Part shown: piece after piece, positions 29,104 through 40,235 of the stretch | Layout: each line of letters opens with the position of its first letter | Numbering within the stretch: position 1 is the first letter of the stretch | Source of the DNA: an uncultured Gammaproteobacteria bacterium | GTDB lineage: Bacteria > Patescibacteriota > Patescibacteriia > Magasanikbacterales > GWA2-37-8 | Reading direction: 5' to 3' | NCBI GenBank assembly: GCA_964533715.1 | Contig: CAZHNI010000001.1 | Span: 5,514-69,513 of the forward strand | Length of the DNA: 64,000 nt | The notes under the pieces: model-generated | The model's input: the letters and a program-made list of their open reading frames with translations, nothing else | Told to the model about the DNA's origin: nothing | The model's database searches: none | Position numbers and translations under genes: made by a program

Positions 29104-30639
29104 ATGTCAAAATCAATATTTTTTATAACTACCGCTATACCATACGCCAACGCGGAACCGCACATGGGGCACGCGATTGAATTTTTGTATGCCGATATAA
29201 TGGCGCGTTATCAGCGTTTGCTTGGCAATGAGGTGTATTTTTTAAGTGGCACCGATGAACATGGCCAAAAAATGCTCAAAACTGCCAAAGAAGCCGGTAG
29301 ACCCGTGGAAGAGTTTGCTGCTGAGAAATCGGCAACTTTTAACAATCTTTTGGATCAATGGAATATTTCTAACGACGATTTTATTCGTACCACAGAAAAA
29401 CGTCATCTTGACGGCGCCAGCAAATTTTGGAGCACGGTGATGGAAAATGGACATATTTATAAAAAGAAATATACTGGTTTGTATTGTTACGGTTGTGAAT
29501 CTTTTAAAACTGAAAAAGATTTGGTGGAAGGTAAATGCCCTCTGCACAATCGTGTGCCCGATGAGGTCTCAGAAGAAAATTACTTTTTTAAGTTATCTAA
29601 CTTTCAGGAACAACTTGAATTTTTGTTTGAAAAAAATTCAGATTTTGTACACCCCAAAGGTCGCATGAACGAAATGCTAAACGTGCTTAAAGAGGGAGTG
29701 GAAGATATTAGTATTTCTCGTACTGCTTCCAAAATGCCATGGGGTATACCAGTGCCAGGTGATAATAGCCAAGTAATGTATGTGTGGTTTGATGCTCTTA
29801 CAAATTATATTACTGCTTTGGGCTATGCCAGTGATGAAAAATTATTAAAAAAGTATTGGCCCGCTACGCACGTTATTGGCAAAGATATTAATCGATTTCA
29901 TTCCCTATTATGGCCAGCCATGCTTATGGCAGCAGGCCTAGAGGTACCAAAACAAATTGCGGTGCACGGTTTTGTATATGCTGGTGATGGCCAAAAAATG
30001 AGTAAGACCTTGGGTAATGTTATTGATCCCGCGGAAATTATAAATGAGTTTCCTCTTGAGTCCGTGCGATATTTTCTCGCTCGTGAAATTCCTTTTGATG
30101 GTGATGGTAATTTTTCTCGCGAAGCATTAAGCACACGTTATAATGCGGATTTGGCCAATGGACTTGGCAACCTCACTAATCGCATTTTAACCATGGTGGA
30201 AAAATATAGCGATGGGGCTGTGCCAAAAGTCACTACGGTTGATAATGATTTTATTAAGTCGTTGGAAAAAATTTGGGTTGAGTATGACGCCGCTATAAAA
30301 GCTTGGCAATTTAACCGTGCTTTGGAAAGTGTGTGGAAATTTGTGGCTATGTGCGACCAGACAATTTCCGACAAACAACCGTGGGCGATGGTAAAGATGG
30401 GCAAGACAACGGAGGTAAACGACCTGCTCTATCATTTATGCGAGGGGTTACGCCACATCGGCATCATGATTTGGCCAGTAATGCCAGAAACAGCCGAAAA
30501 AATTATTTTGCAACTTGGTTTGTCCTTAGAAAAAGAATTTGCCAAGCCGCTTGTCGAGCTTCAACAGTGGGTAGAGCTGACTGTGGGAAACAAAATAGAT
30601 AAAGGTCAACCGCTTTTTCCGCGCTTAAGTGATAAGTAG
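29104..30639 (+). CDS. metG: Methionine--tRNA ligase
   Basis: HMGH, GTDEHG, YVWFDAL, KMSKT. Confidence 0.96.
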   Translation: MSKSIFFITTAIPYANAEPHMGHAIEFLYADIMARYQRLLGNEVYFLSGTDEHGQKMLKTAKEAGRPVEEFAAEKSATFNNLLDQWNISNDDFIRTTEKRHLDGASKFWSTVMENGHIYKKKYTGLYCYGCESFKTEKDLVEGKCPLHNRVPDEVSEENYFFKLSNFQEQLEFLFEKNSDFVHPKGRMNEMLNVLKEGVEDISISRTASKMPWGIPVPGDNSQVMYVWFDALTNYITALGYASDEKLLKKYWPATHVIGKDINRFHSLLWPAMLMAAGLEVPKQIAVHGFVYAGDGQKMSKTLGNVIDPAEIINEFPLESVRYFLAREIPFDGDGNFSREALSTRYNADLANGLGNLTNRILTMVEKYSDGAVPKVTTVDNDFIKSLEKIWVEYDAAIKAWQFNRALESVWKFVAMCDQTISDKQPWAMVKMGKTTEVNDLLYHLCEGLRHIGIMIWPVMPETAEKIILQLGLSLEKEFAKPLVELQQWVELTVGNKIDKGQPLFPRLSDK

Positions 30640-30674
30640 TTTATAATTATGCCTATGAATAGTATTTATTTAAT

Positions 30675-31202
30675 ATGTCATTTTTTGATGTAATTCTTAT
30701 TTGTATAATAGTTGGATTTGGTTTTTTTGGATTTTGGTTTGGCTTCGTGCATACCATCGGTTCACTTATTGGCACCGTACTCGGTGTTTATTTGGCTACG
30801 CGTTGGTACTACCCTCTATCTGGTTGGATAATACACTTTACAGGTTGGACAGGAAATTTTATAAAAGTAATTGTATTTATTTTGGTTTTTGTAATAATCA
30901 ATCGAATTGTTGGTATTATTTTCTTTTTAATTGACAAAGCGCTATCTATTTTTACTCGTCTACCTTTTATACACGCGTTTGATCGTTTTTTGGGTTTTGC
31001 GTTTGGCATTGGTGAGGGTATTATTGTAATTGGTGTAGTGTTATATTTTATAAATAAATTTCCCTTAACGCCAGCTTTTATGACCGATCTGGCTCAGTCG
31101 AGCGTCGCTTTGTTGTGCGTGCATGTTGCTTCGTTGTTTCTCCCGCTTATTCCATTAGCTTTAAAACAAATTTCTGATTCGGTAAGCAACTTTGGTTTTT
31201 AG
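30675..31202 (+). CDS. CvpA family membrane protein
   Basis: FDVILICII..GFWFG, DRFLGFAFG. Confidence 0.8.
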   Translation: MSFFDVILICIIVGFGFFGFWFGFVHTIGSLIGTVLGVYLATRWYYPLSGWIIHFTGWTGNFIKVIVFILVFVIINRIVGIIFFLIDKALSIFTRLPFIHAFDRFLGFAFGIGEGIIVIGVVLYFINKFPLTPAFMTDLAQSSVALLCVHVASLFLPLIPLALKQISDSVSNFGF

Positions 31203-31214
31203 AATTTTGTAATT

Positions 31215-32165
31215 ATGATGATAGATACACACGCCCATGCGCACTTTAACGCCTATAAGGATGATATGGACGAAGTAATAGAGCGGAGCCTTGCTAGGGG
31301 TGCTGTTATTAATTTAGTTGGGACCCAAGCAGATACGAGCAAGCGGGCGGTTGAAGTCGCCGAAAAATATGACGGAGTATACGCCACAATTGGTCTTCAT
31401 CCAGAACATCTTTTTTCCAAGTGGGTTGACGAAGAAGAAACCTCTTTTCAATCGCGGGAAGAAAGTTTTGATTATGAGTACTACAAAAGTTTGGCGGTAA
31501 TGCCCAAAGTTATTGGCATAGGGGAGTGTGGGTTAGATTTTTACCGTATTCCCGAAGGTATGACCAAAGAGGCTATGCTCCCTAAACAGGCAGAAGTTTT
31601 TAGGCAGCATATTAATTTATCTCAAGAAACAAACTTGCCGCTGATAATTCATTGTCGTGAGGCGCATGAGGAGATGATTGCCATCCTGAACACGTTCGTT
31701 TCGCTCAGTGTAAACTCCGCGGAGCGTGGTGAAGGACCCCCTCAAAAGCAAGGGGATTATTCGGTCGTCCCGAGCAATTCGGGACTCCCTCAGAATGACA
31801 ATGCAAACAAAAAATTACGTGGCACGATGCACTGCTACACCAGCAGCTGGATTAATGCCCAAAAATATTTAGAAATGGGTTTTTACATTGGTTTTACCGG
31901 CGTTATTACATTTCCTCCCCAAAAAGCGAACCCGCAAGCCCAGGCGGATTTATTGGAAGTTGTTCGTAAGATGCCAGAGGACAGGATACTTTTGGAAACC
32001 GATTGCCCTTATTTATCACCAATTCCATATAGAGGAAAGCGAGGCGAGCCTTGGATGATTGAGGCAACAGCAGCAAAAATAGCGGAACTCCGCGGAATAA
32101 GTTTGGAAGAAACCCTAAGCGTAACAACAAAAAATGCGCGGAACCTTTTTCAGAAAATGGTTTAG
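31215..32165 (+). CDS. tatD: TatD family hydrolase with in-frame palindromic insert
   Basis: IDTHAH, GLHP, GECGLD, IHCRE, MHCY, ETDCPYL. Confidence 0.93.
   Translation: MMIDTHAHAHFNAYKDDMDEVIERSLARGAVINLVGTQADTSKRAVEVAEKYDGVYATIGLHPEHLFSKWVDEEETSFQSREESFDYEYYKSLAVMPKVIGIGECGLDFYRIPEGMTKEAMLPKQAEVFRQHINLSQETNLPLIIHCREAHEEMIAILNTFVSLSVNSAERGEGPPQKQGDYSVVPSNSGLPQNDNANKKLRGTMHCYTSSWINAQKYLEMGFYIGFTGVITFPPQKANPQAQADLLEVVRKMPEDRILLETDCPYLSPIPYRGKRGEPWMIEATAAKIAELRGISLEETLSVTTKNARNLFQKMV
31679..31800. repeat. TGTCAT-family element (left end TGCCAT), in frame in tatD
   Basis: TGCCATCCTGAA...CTCAGAATGACA, 122 bp. Confidence 0.85.
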
Positions 32166-32198
32166 TTAAGTTATTCACATTTTCTATTAAAAATTCTC

Positions 32199-32227
32199 TT
32201 GACCTTTTGTGTTAATTCGTTTATACT
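32199..32227 (+). promoter_or_regulatory. Sigma-70 promoter of the atp operon
   Basis: TTGACC-N17-TATACT. Confidence 0.6.
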
Positions 32228-32243
32228 AATGTCGTCCTTTTTT

Positions 32244-32501
32244 ATGGAGAATAAGCCCCAAAAGACGTCTGATCGAGAGTATTATATATTTGCACTTCGC
32301 ATCATGGGCGATTTTGGGGCCACTATTGCGGCACCAGTCATAATTTTTGTACTTATTGGGCAATATTTTGATAATCGTTACGGTCATGCACCAATTTTTA
32401 CAGTAATTGGGTTTCTGTTGGCAGCATTTGGTTCTGGTAGCATTATCTACAAAAAGGCAAAAAAATACGGAAAAGAATTTCAACAGATGAATAAAAAGTA
32501 G
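32244..32501 (+). CDS. AtpZ/AtpI family protein
   Basis: Two TM segments, IGQYFDNRYG motif, first gene of atp operon; start chosen downstream of the promoter. Confidence 0.8.
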   Translation: MENKPQKTSDREYYIFALRIMGDFGATIAAPVIIFVLIGQYFDNRYGHAPIFTVIGFLLAAFGSGSIIYKKAKKYGKEFQQMNKK

Positions 32502-32503
32502 TT

Positions 32504-33286
32504 ATGTCCCAATTGATTTTACCACCACTCGGCGCTGAAACCATGTTTCATATTGGTTCGATACCTGTTACCAACACCATCGTTAACACTTGGATAGCGA
32601 TGGTTATTTTTTTAATCTTTGGCTTGGCGCTTCGCAAACGCGTATCGCTCCGACCAGGAAAATTGCAAAATTATTGCGAATATTTTTTGGATATTTTACT
32701 CGGATATTTTGACCAAGTAACTGGTAGCCGAAAAAAGACAATCCAATTTCTTCCTGTTGTTGGTTCAATTTTTTTCTTTATTTTACTTTCTAACTGGCTT
32801 GGGCTTCTCCCTGGAACCGGCAGCATTCTTAAGGGCCACGAACCATTGCTGCGTCCGGCTAATACCGATTTGAATTTAACCATTGCTATGGCCGCAGTGG
32901 CGGTTATTTCATCGCATATTTTTGGTTTTTTATCGGTAGGATTTTTTACACATATTGGTAAATTTGTTCAAATCAAAAATTTTATAAAAAGTATCCCCAA
33001 AGGTCCGGTTGCAATTTTTCAAGCAATTGTGGAATTTGCAGTTGGGCTAATTGAAATTGTGAGTGAACTTGCCAAAGTAATGTCGCTTTCACTTCGTCTT
33101 TTTGGTAATATTTTTGCTGGTGAAGTTTTAATGACGGTGATGCTTAGTTTGGTAGCGGCGGTGGTTCCGGTTCCATTTATGCTTTTGGAGTTGTTGGTCG
33201 GCATTATTCAAGCTAGTGTGTTTGCCATACTTACGTTAGTATATATGTCTGTTGCCAGCGCTGAACCACACGGAGCGGAACACTAA
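32504..33286 (+). CDS. atpB: ATP synthase subunit a
   Basis: SNWLGLLP, SLSLRLFGNIFAGE, IQASVFAIL. Confidence 0.95.
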   Translation: MSQLILPPLGAETMFHIGSIPVTNTIVNTWIAMVIFLIFGLALRKRVSLRPGKLQNYCEYFLDILLGYFDQVTGSRKKTIQFLPVVGSIFFFILLSNWLGLLPGTGSILKGHEPLLRPANTDLNLTIAMAAVAVISSHIFGFLSVGFFTHIGKFVQIKNFIKSIPKGPVAIFQAIVEFAVGLIEIVSELAKVMSLSLRLFGNIFAGEVLMTVMLSLVAAVVPVPFMLLELLVGIIQASVFAILTLVYMSVASAEPHGAEH

Positions 33287-33355
33287 AACATAAAAACACA
33301 AGAACATTAAAACACAATAAGCCGTTTTAATGTTTTAATGTTTTAATGTTTTAAT
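33285..33355. repeat. Inverted arrays of 8-bp tandem repeats
   Basis: Four AAAACAYW-like units then (GTTTTAAT)x4. Confidence 0.85.
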
Positions 33356-33428
33356 GATATCTACCCTGAATCGTATAAGCCGTACATTCGGCGATTCAAC
33401 GGAGATGGATATCAAGAAAGTTAATTCT

Positions 33429-33650
33429 ATGGATCACGAATCACTCGTGACGATTATGAAGGGTGCCACGATGGCGCTCGGCGGCGTTGTTCCCGCCATA
33501 TCAATTGGTCGTATCGTAACCAAGGCTATGGAGTCTATTGGCCGTAATCCGGAATCAGCCGGTAAATTGTTCGTTCCCATGCTTCTTGGTGCTGCTTTTG
33601 CCGAAGCTATCGCTATTTACGCTCTTGTAGTTGTATTTACTCTCAAATAG
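33429..33650 (+). CDS. atpE: ATP synthase subunit c
   Basis: IGRNPES, AFAEAIAIYALV. Confidence 0.93.
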   Translation: MDHESLVTIMKGATMALGGVVPAISIGRIVTKAMESIGRNPESAGKLFVPMLLGAAFAEAIAIYALVVVFTLK

Positions 33651-33701
33651 CTCAACTCACCGGGCCACTTGTTGGCCTGGTGAACTTGGATTATTTTAAA
33701 C

Positions 33702-33824
33702 TGTCATTCTGAGCCTGCCTCCTGCATGCGCAGGTATGGCGCAGACAGGTGAAATGAAGAATCTTCCTATTATGAAGATCCTTCCCCAAAGGGGTCCCTT
33801 TGGGACGCTCTGCTCAGGATGACA
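33702..33824. repeat. TGTCAT-family element carrying two nested palindromes, intergenic
   Basis: Matches the 65-bp copy at 42123 plus 36-bp (33714-33749) and 22-bp (33785-33806) inserts. Confidence 0.9.
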
Positions 33825-33835
33825 AAATAGAATCT

Positions 33836-34381
33836 ATGCAATTTATTGACACTGTTTACGCTGCCGAAATCGCCGAGTCAGCGCAGGAAGGCCTCTTAAC
33901 CTCCCTTGGTATCAATGGGACGTTATTTATTTTTCAACTCGTCAACTTTGCTATCGTGGCAACAATTATTTGGTTTTTAATTTTAAAACCACTTACAAAA
34001 AAAATGACTGAGCGTCAAAAGATGATTGACGACAGTATCGATAATTCAAAAAAAATTCAAGAAACACTTCAGCACAGTGAACAAAAATATCAGGAACGCA
34101 TTGACCAGGCGAAAGTGGAATATAATAAAATTTTGGAAAAAGCCACTGTTGATGCGGTAGCGACAACAGATGCCATGAAAGTAAAGGCTAAGCAAGAGAT
34201 TGAAATGTTGGTAGATCAGGCAAAAAGAAATATTAAAATTGAAAAAGAAGAAATGGTATCAGCTTTAAAAAATGAAACCGCTGGATTTATTGTAATGGCA
34301 TTAGAAAAAATTCTGGGAGAAAAAGTTGATAGTAAAAAAGATAAAGAAATGATTGAGGAAATGATTAAAAAGTTAAAATAA
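33836..34381 (+). CDS. atpF: ATP synthase subunit b
   Basis: FIFQLVNF..LKPL..ERQKMI plus coiled coil. Confidence 0.92.
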   Translation: MQFIDTVYAAEIAESAQEGLLTSLGINGTLFIFQLVNFAIVATIIWFLILKPLTKKMTERQKMIDDSIDNSKKIQETLQHSEQKYQERIDQAKVEYNKILEKATVDAVATTDAMKVKAKQEIEMLVDQAKRNIKIEKEEMVSALKNETAGFIVMALEKILGEKVDSKKDKEMIEEMIKKLK

Positions 34382-34382
34382 T

Positions 34383-34775
34383 ATGCCAAAAAAGGCACAG
34401 GATATTAAAAAAATAGCAGCCGCTCTATACGAGGTTACTAAAGATTTAAGCGGTCAGGAGCTCGGCAAAGCCTTGCAAGGTTTTGTGTCTCTTTTGGTAA
34501 GAAAAAATTTGTTTGGTCAGGCTGAAAAAATAATTTCGGCATTTGTAGCCTATGCAAAAAAACAAGAATGTATTCTAGAGATTGATGTAACGACTGCTCG
34601 AGAAATTGAAACGAAATTGTTGCAGGCAATCCAGAACGCTTTTGGTAAAAATGTAGAGTCTACAACAAACGTGGATGATTCCCTTGTCGGTGGTTTTGTA
34701 GTTAAAACAAAGGATACTGTTTTTGATGCCAGCTTAAAAACACAACTACAAAAATTAAAACAAAGCTTGATTTAA
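34383..34775 (+). CDS. atpH: ATP synthase subunit delta
   Basis: VDDSLVGGFVV..FDASLKTQL. Confidence 0.9.
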   Translation: MPKKAQDIKKIAAALYEVTKDLSGQELGKALQGFVSLLVRKNLFGQAEKIISAFVAYAKKQECILEIDVTTAREIETKLLQAIQNAFGKNVESTTNVDDSLVGGFVVKTKDTVFDASLKTQLQKLKQSLI

Positions 34776-34776
34776 T

Positions 34777-34884
34777 TGTCATTGCGAGGAGCAAAGCGAC
34801 GAAGCAATCCCCCTGAGTTCAGTGCTCCTGAAAACAAGGGGATCGCCACGTCAGCCGGTGCGAACCGGCTTCCTCGCGATGATA
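34777..34884. repeat. TGTCAT-family element, intergenic atpH-atpA
   Basis: TGTCATTGCGAGG...CCTCGCGATGATA. Confidence 0.88.
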
Positions 34885-34904
34885 GCTTTAATCTAATAAA
34901 ACCT

Positions 34905-36392
34905 ATGTCCATCAACTCAATTGTCGAAGAACTCAGAAAGAATATTAGTAAATTTGAAAAGCAGGTCGAAGTGGAAGAAATTGGAACCGTTACCGAGGTA
35001 GGGGATGGTATTGCTCGTGTGAACGGCCTTACCAATTGCCAGGCGAGCGAAATGTTGGAATTCCCGGATAACACTATCGGCGTGGCCTTAAACTTGGATG
35101 AAGATTCCGTTGGCGCGGTTGTACTTGGTGAGTTTAAACATATTAAAGAAGGAGATACCGTAAAACGTACCGGCCGTATTTTATCGGTACCGGTTGGGGA
35201 GGAGCTTATTGGCCGCGTTGTTAACCCGCTTGGTGTTCCTATTGATGGTGGGGCTAACCTTAATAGCAAAAAATTCTATCCAATTGAAAAAATTGCTCCT
35301 GGTGTTATGACTCGTGAGGGCGTCAGCCAGCCAGTGCAAACTGGTATTAAAGCCATCGATGCCATGATCCCAATTGGTCGCGGTCAACGCGAGCTTATTA
35401 TTGGTGATCGTCAAACCGGCAAAACCGCTGTGGCAATTGATACAATTATTAACCAAAAAGGTCAGAACATGATTTGTGTGTACGTGGCAGTTGGGCAAAA
35501 GGAGGCAAAAATCGCCCGTATTATGGCAAAACTTAAAGAGGCTGGTGCCATGGATTATACTATTATTGTTTCGGCCGCCGCTTCTGACCCAGCCGCTCTG
35601 CAATATATTGCCCCGTATGCTGGTGTGGCTATGGCCGAATATTTTATGGACCAAGGTAAAGATGTGCTTTGTGTTTATGATGATCTTTCTAAACAAGCCG
35701 TTGCCTACCGTGAAATTTCACTCTTGCTGCGTCGCCCACCGGGTCGTGAAGCTTATCCTGGTGATGTTTTCTATTTGCACTCACGCCTCTTGGAACGTGC
35801 TTGTAGACGTAATAAAGAAGCTGGTGGCGGGTCAATTACCGCTCTTCCAATTATAGAAACTCAGGCCGGTGACGTTACCGCCTACATTCCAACCAACGTT
35901 ATTTCCATTACTGATGGTCAAATTTTCTTAGAATCAGATTTGTTTTATCGTGGTATTCGCCCGGCGGTAAACGTTGGTATCTCTGTGTCGCGTGTTGGCT
36001 CTTCCGCTCAAATTAAACCAATGAAAAAAGTAGCCGGTAAACTTAAGTTAAGTCTAGCCCAGTTTCGTGAACTTGAAGCTTTTTCTCAGTTTTCAAGCGA
36101 TCTTGACCCGGAAACAAAAAAACAAATTGATCTTGGTGTGCGCATGGTAGAAATTCTTAAACAACCACAGTATCAACCAATGGGTGTGGCTCATCAGGTT
36201 GCTATTATTTACGCGGTATCAAACGGATACGCCAATGAAATTGAGGTGCAAAATATGAAAGAATGGGAAGATAAATTTCACATTTTCTTTGAAAAAACTC
36301 GCCAGTCACTCTTAGAAAAAATTAGCAAAGGAGAGTGGGATGAGAAAATTGAAGGTGAGTTAAAAGAAGCGATTGCCGAATACAAAAAATAA
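34905..36392 (+). CDS. atpA: ATP synthase subunit alpha
   Basis: [37 protein letters not shown]. Confidence 0.97.
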   Translation: MSINSIVEELRKNISKFEKQVEVEEIGTVTEVGDGIARVNGLTNCQASEMLEFPDNTIGVALNLDEDSVGAVVLGEFKHIKEGDTVKRTGRILSVPVGEELIGRVVNPLGVPIDGGANLNSKKFYPIEKIAPGVMTREGVSQPVQTGIKAIDAMIPIGRGQRELIIGDRQTGKTAVAIDTIINQKGQNMICVYVAVGQKEAKIARIMAKLKEAGAMDYTIIVSAAASDPAALQYIAPYAGVAMAEYFMDQGKDVLCVYDDLSKQAVAYREISLLLRRPPGREAYPGDVFYLHSRLLERACRRNKEAGGGSITALPIIETQAGDVTAYIPTNVISITDGQIFLESDLFYRGIRPAVNVGISVSRVGSSAQIKPMKKVAGKLKLSLAQFRELEAFSQFSSDLDPETKKQIDLGVRMVEILKQPQYQPMGVAHQVAIIYAVSNGYANEIEVQNMKEWEDKFHIFFEKTRQSLLEKISKGEWDEKIEGELKEAIAEYKK

Positions 36393-36399
36393 ATATTTT

Positions 36400-36714
36400 A
36401 TGAAAAAGCTCCTCAGTCTAGAGGATATCAAATTAAGAATAGATCAAATTATCGATGAGCTTAGCTCCGGGGCAATTTCGATTAGAGAAATTGAACCTAT
36501 CCATGAAAAATTGCAGCAAGCTAGGGCGGATTATTTAAGGATTGTTGAAGAAATAAAAGCAGATGATCCAGAAATTTTAAATCATAATGCTACATTGGTT
36601 AGGGTGTACATTGAGATTGGCAGGCTCTATGACGCGGCTCTTTCGTTGATAAGAAAAATTGAACGAGAGGGAATAGGTGAATTTCGGTCTGAAGGTAGGG
36701 GATCTAAAAATTAG
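36400..36714 (+). CDS. Hypothetical helical protein inserted in the atp operon
   Basis: ORF fills the atpA-atpG gap; no recognisable motif. Confidence 0.55.
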   Translation: MKKLLSLEDIKLRIDQIIDELSSGAISIREIEPIHEKLQQARADYLRIVEEIKADDPEILNHNATLVRVYIEIGRLYDAALSLIRKIEREGIGEFRSEGRGSKN

Positions 36715-36716
36715 AT

Positions 36717-37739
36717 ATGGCAGTAAGTACCAAAACAATTAAACGCCGCATCAAATCAATTTCCAACACCAAAAAAATTACTAAGGCCATGGAGATGATT
36801 AGTGCGGTAAAAATGCGCCGAGCGGTAGCCAATGTTTTGGCTACCCGAAATTATGCTAGCCTGGCTTGGGAAATGCTTAAAGAAATTTCCGAGTACACGC
36901 ACGATGGCCACCATGCACTCTTGCAAAAAAGGCCTGTTAAAAAAATCGGTCTCATTTTAATTACCAGTAACCGAGGGTTGGCTGGCGGTTTTAGCAGCCG
37001 GTTATTGCAGGAAGTAGACAGCTACATAAAAAAAATCACTCATCAAACTGTCATTCCGACGACACGTGCGCTCCGCTCAGTGCAGGCTCCAGAGGAATCT
37101 CTGGCTCATTCGAATGACGGACAGAGATCCCTCGTCGGCGCGAGCCTCACTCGGGATGACAAAGTGCAAATTGGCATTGAAGCCGACATCATTCTTACTG
37201 GTAAGCGCGGCAAAAAAATTTATCATCGTTTTGGGCACACTGTGGTGGCCGAATTTGATAAAGTAGATCTTACCACCAGAATTGAAGAAATTTTACCCAT
37301 GGCCCAGTTGGCGGTAAAAGAATTTGTTGCCGGAACATACGACCAAATTGTAGTGGCGTACATGCATTTTAAATCCGCAATTGAACAAGTGGCCACAGTA
37401 AAACAAATTTTGCCGCTTACGAAAGATTCAATTAAAGAACTGGCCGCCAAAGAAGCTGATGACACTGAAGAAATAGAAGAGAGCACATTTTTGTTTGAGC
37501 CAAACCCGGCGCTGGTGCTTGATGTACTCTTGCCACGTTTGGTTGAAATGCAAATGTATCAGGCAATTTTGGAATCGGACGCCTCCGAGCACAGCGCTCG
37601 CATGATGGCTATGCGAAACGCCAGTGATTCGGCCAGCGATATGATTAAAGAGTTGCAAAACAGCTTTAACAAAGCACGCCAAGCAGCTATTACCCAAGAA
37701 ATTAGTGAAATTGTGGGTGGTGCAGCGGCCCTGGAGTAA
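36717..37739 (+). CDS. atpG: ATP synthase subunit gamma with in-frame palindromic insert
   Basis: KITKAMEMIS, SNRGLAG, ASEHSARMMAM, ARQAAITQEISEI. Confidence 0.96.
   Translation: MAVSTKTIKRRIKSISNTKKITKAMEMISAVKMRRAVANVLATRNYASLAWEMLKEISEYTHDGHHALLQKRPVKKIGLILITSNRGLAGGFSSRLLQEVDSYIKKITHQTVIPTTRALRSVQAPEESLAHSNDGQRSLVGASLTRDDKVQIGIEADIILTGKRGKKIYHRFGHTVVAEFDKVDLTTRIEEILPMAQLAVKEFVAGTYDQIVVAYMHFKSAIEQVATVKQILPLTKDSIKELAAKEADDTEEIEESTFLFEPNPALVLDVLLPRLVEMQMYQAILESDASEHSARMMAMRNASDSASDMIKELQNSFNKARQAAITQEISEIVGGAAALE
37049..37161. repeat. TGTCAT-family element, in frame in atpG
   Basis: TGTCATTCCGAC...CTCGGGATGACA, 113 bp. Confidence 0.9.
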
Positions 37740-37772
37740 TTTAGTTTCTAGTAATCTAAAAAACTAAATTGT

Positions 37773-38159
37773 ATGGAGGAAAGATATCGTGATTTTACAG
37801 AGCTTGAAGTTTGGCAAAAAGCGCATGAACTAAGATTAAAAGTACGGATTCTTTGCAAATTTCTACCATCTGAAGAAAAATATGGCCTGATCTCACAAAT
37901 TTTAAGATCGTCCGCTTCAGTCGGTGCTAATATAGCTGAAGGTCATGGTAGATTTCACTATCAAGAAAATATCCAATATTGCAGACAAGCAAGAGGATCG
38001 CTAGATGAAACTCGTGATCATCTAATCTATATACGTGACGCTGATTTAATAAGAAAAGTGAGTAGTTTGGAATATTTAGTTAATCTATGTTTACAAATAA
38101 AGGCTTTGTTAAATGGTTATATCGGTTATTTAAAAAAATGTAAACAAGGGCAAGACTAA
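37773..38159 (+). CDS. Four helix bundle protein (23S rRNA IVP family)
   Basis: FTELEVWQKA, LPSEEKYGLISQILRSSASVGANIAEG, ARGSLDET. Confidence 0.92.
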   Translation: MEERYRDFTELEVWQKAHELRLKVRILCKFLPSEEKYGLISQILRSSASVGANIAEGHGRFHYQENIQYCRQARGSLDETRDHLIYIRDADLIRKVSSLEYLVNLCLQIKALLNGYIGYLKKCKQGQD

Positions 38160-38193
38160 TTTTTACTAACTTTCGAATAAACTAATATACTAA

Positions 38194-39573
<1,380 letters not shown>

Positions 39574-39638
39574 CAACATACAAGATACATGGAATAAAAT
39601 ATAATTTGTATATTTTTCCATGTATATTGAATATTTTT

Positions 39639-40049
39639 ATGATGTTTAAAATTGTTACACCCGAACGTCAAGTCTTCACCGATGAAGTTTCCCAAGTTAC
39701 TATGATGACCACCATGGGTGAAATTAGTATTTTACCGCATCACATTCCGCTCGTGGCTAATTTGGTTCCCGGAGAAATTAGATACAAAAAAAATAACGAG
39801 GAATTATCCATTGCTGTTTCGGGAGGTTTTGCCGAAGTCCGACCAGATGGGTCGGTTGTTATTCTCGCAGATACTGCCGAGCACGCACATGAAATTGACT
39901 TGGCTCGTGCCGAAGAAGCCAAATTACGCGCGGAAAAACTTATGTCCGAAGCGCGCAATAAAGATGAAGTGGATTATACGGCCCTCGCAGTAAAACTAGA
40001 AAAAGAATTAGCAAGACTCCGAGTAGGAAAAAAGTATCGCAAAGTCTAA
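39639..40049 (+). CDS. atpC: ATP synthase subunit epsilon
   Basis: IVTPER, GEISILPHHIP, VSGGFAEV, ILADTAE. Confidence 0.93.
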   Translation: MMFKIVTPERQVFTDEVSQVTMMTTMGEISILPHHIPLVANLVPGEIRYKKNNEELSIAVSGGFAEVRPDGSVVILADTAEHAHEIDLARAEEAKLRAEKLMSEARNKDEVDYTALAVKLEKELARLRVGKKYRKV

Positions 40050-40058
40050 AATAACATT

Positions 40059-40094
40059 AACAAAATCGATCGCCCTAAACGATCGGTTTTTGTT
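40059..40094 (+). terminator. atp operon terminator
   Basis: AATCGATCG-CCCTAAA-CGATCGGTT plus T run. Confidence 0.7.
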
Positions 40095-40235
40095 TAAGTG
40101 TAACATTTTGGCTAATTTTGCGTCTTCTATACAAAGCACCCCTGATTCCAGGGGCATTTTTTGTCTTTATTCCCCCTCCTCGACTCCTCCCTTATGTTTA
40201 GGGGAGGGATGTGGGCGGGGAATAGAGTATAAATT

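Noticed and set aside
34776-34904. Apparent 43-aa N-terminal extension of AtpA (likewise AtpF from 33800, AtpE from 33354)
   Set aside because: Starts fall in repeats or spacer; conserved proteins begin downstream.
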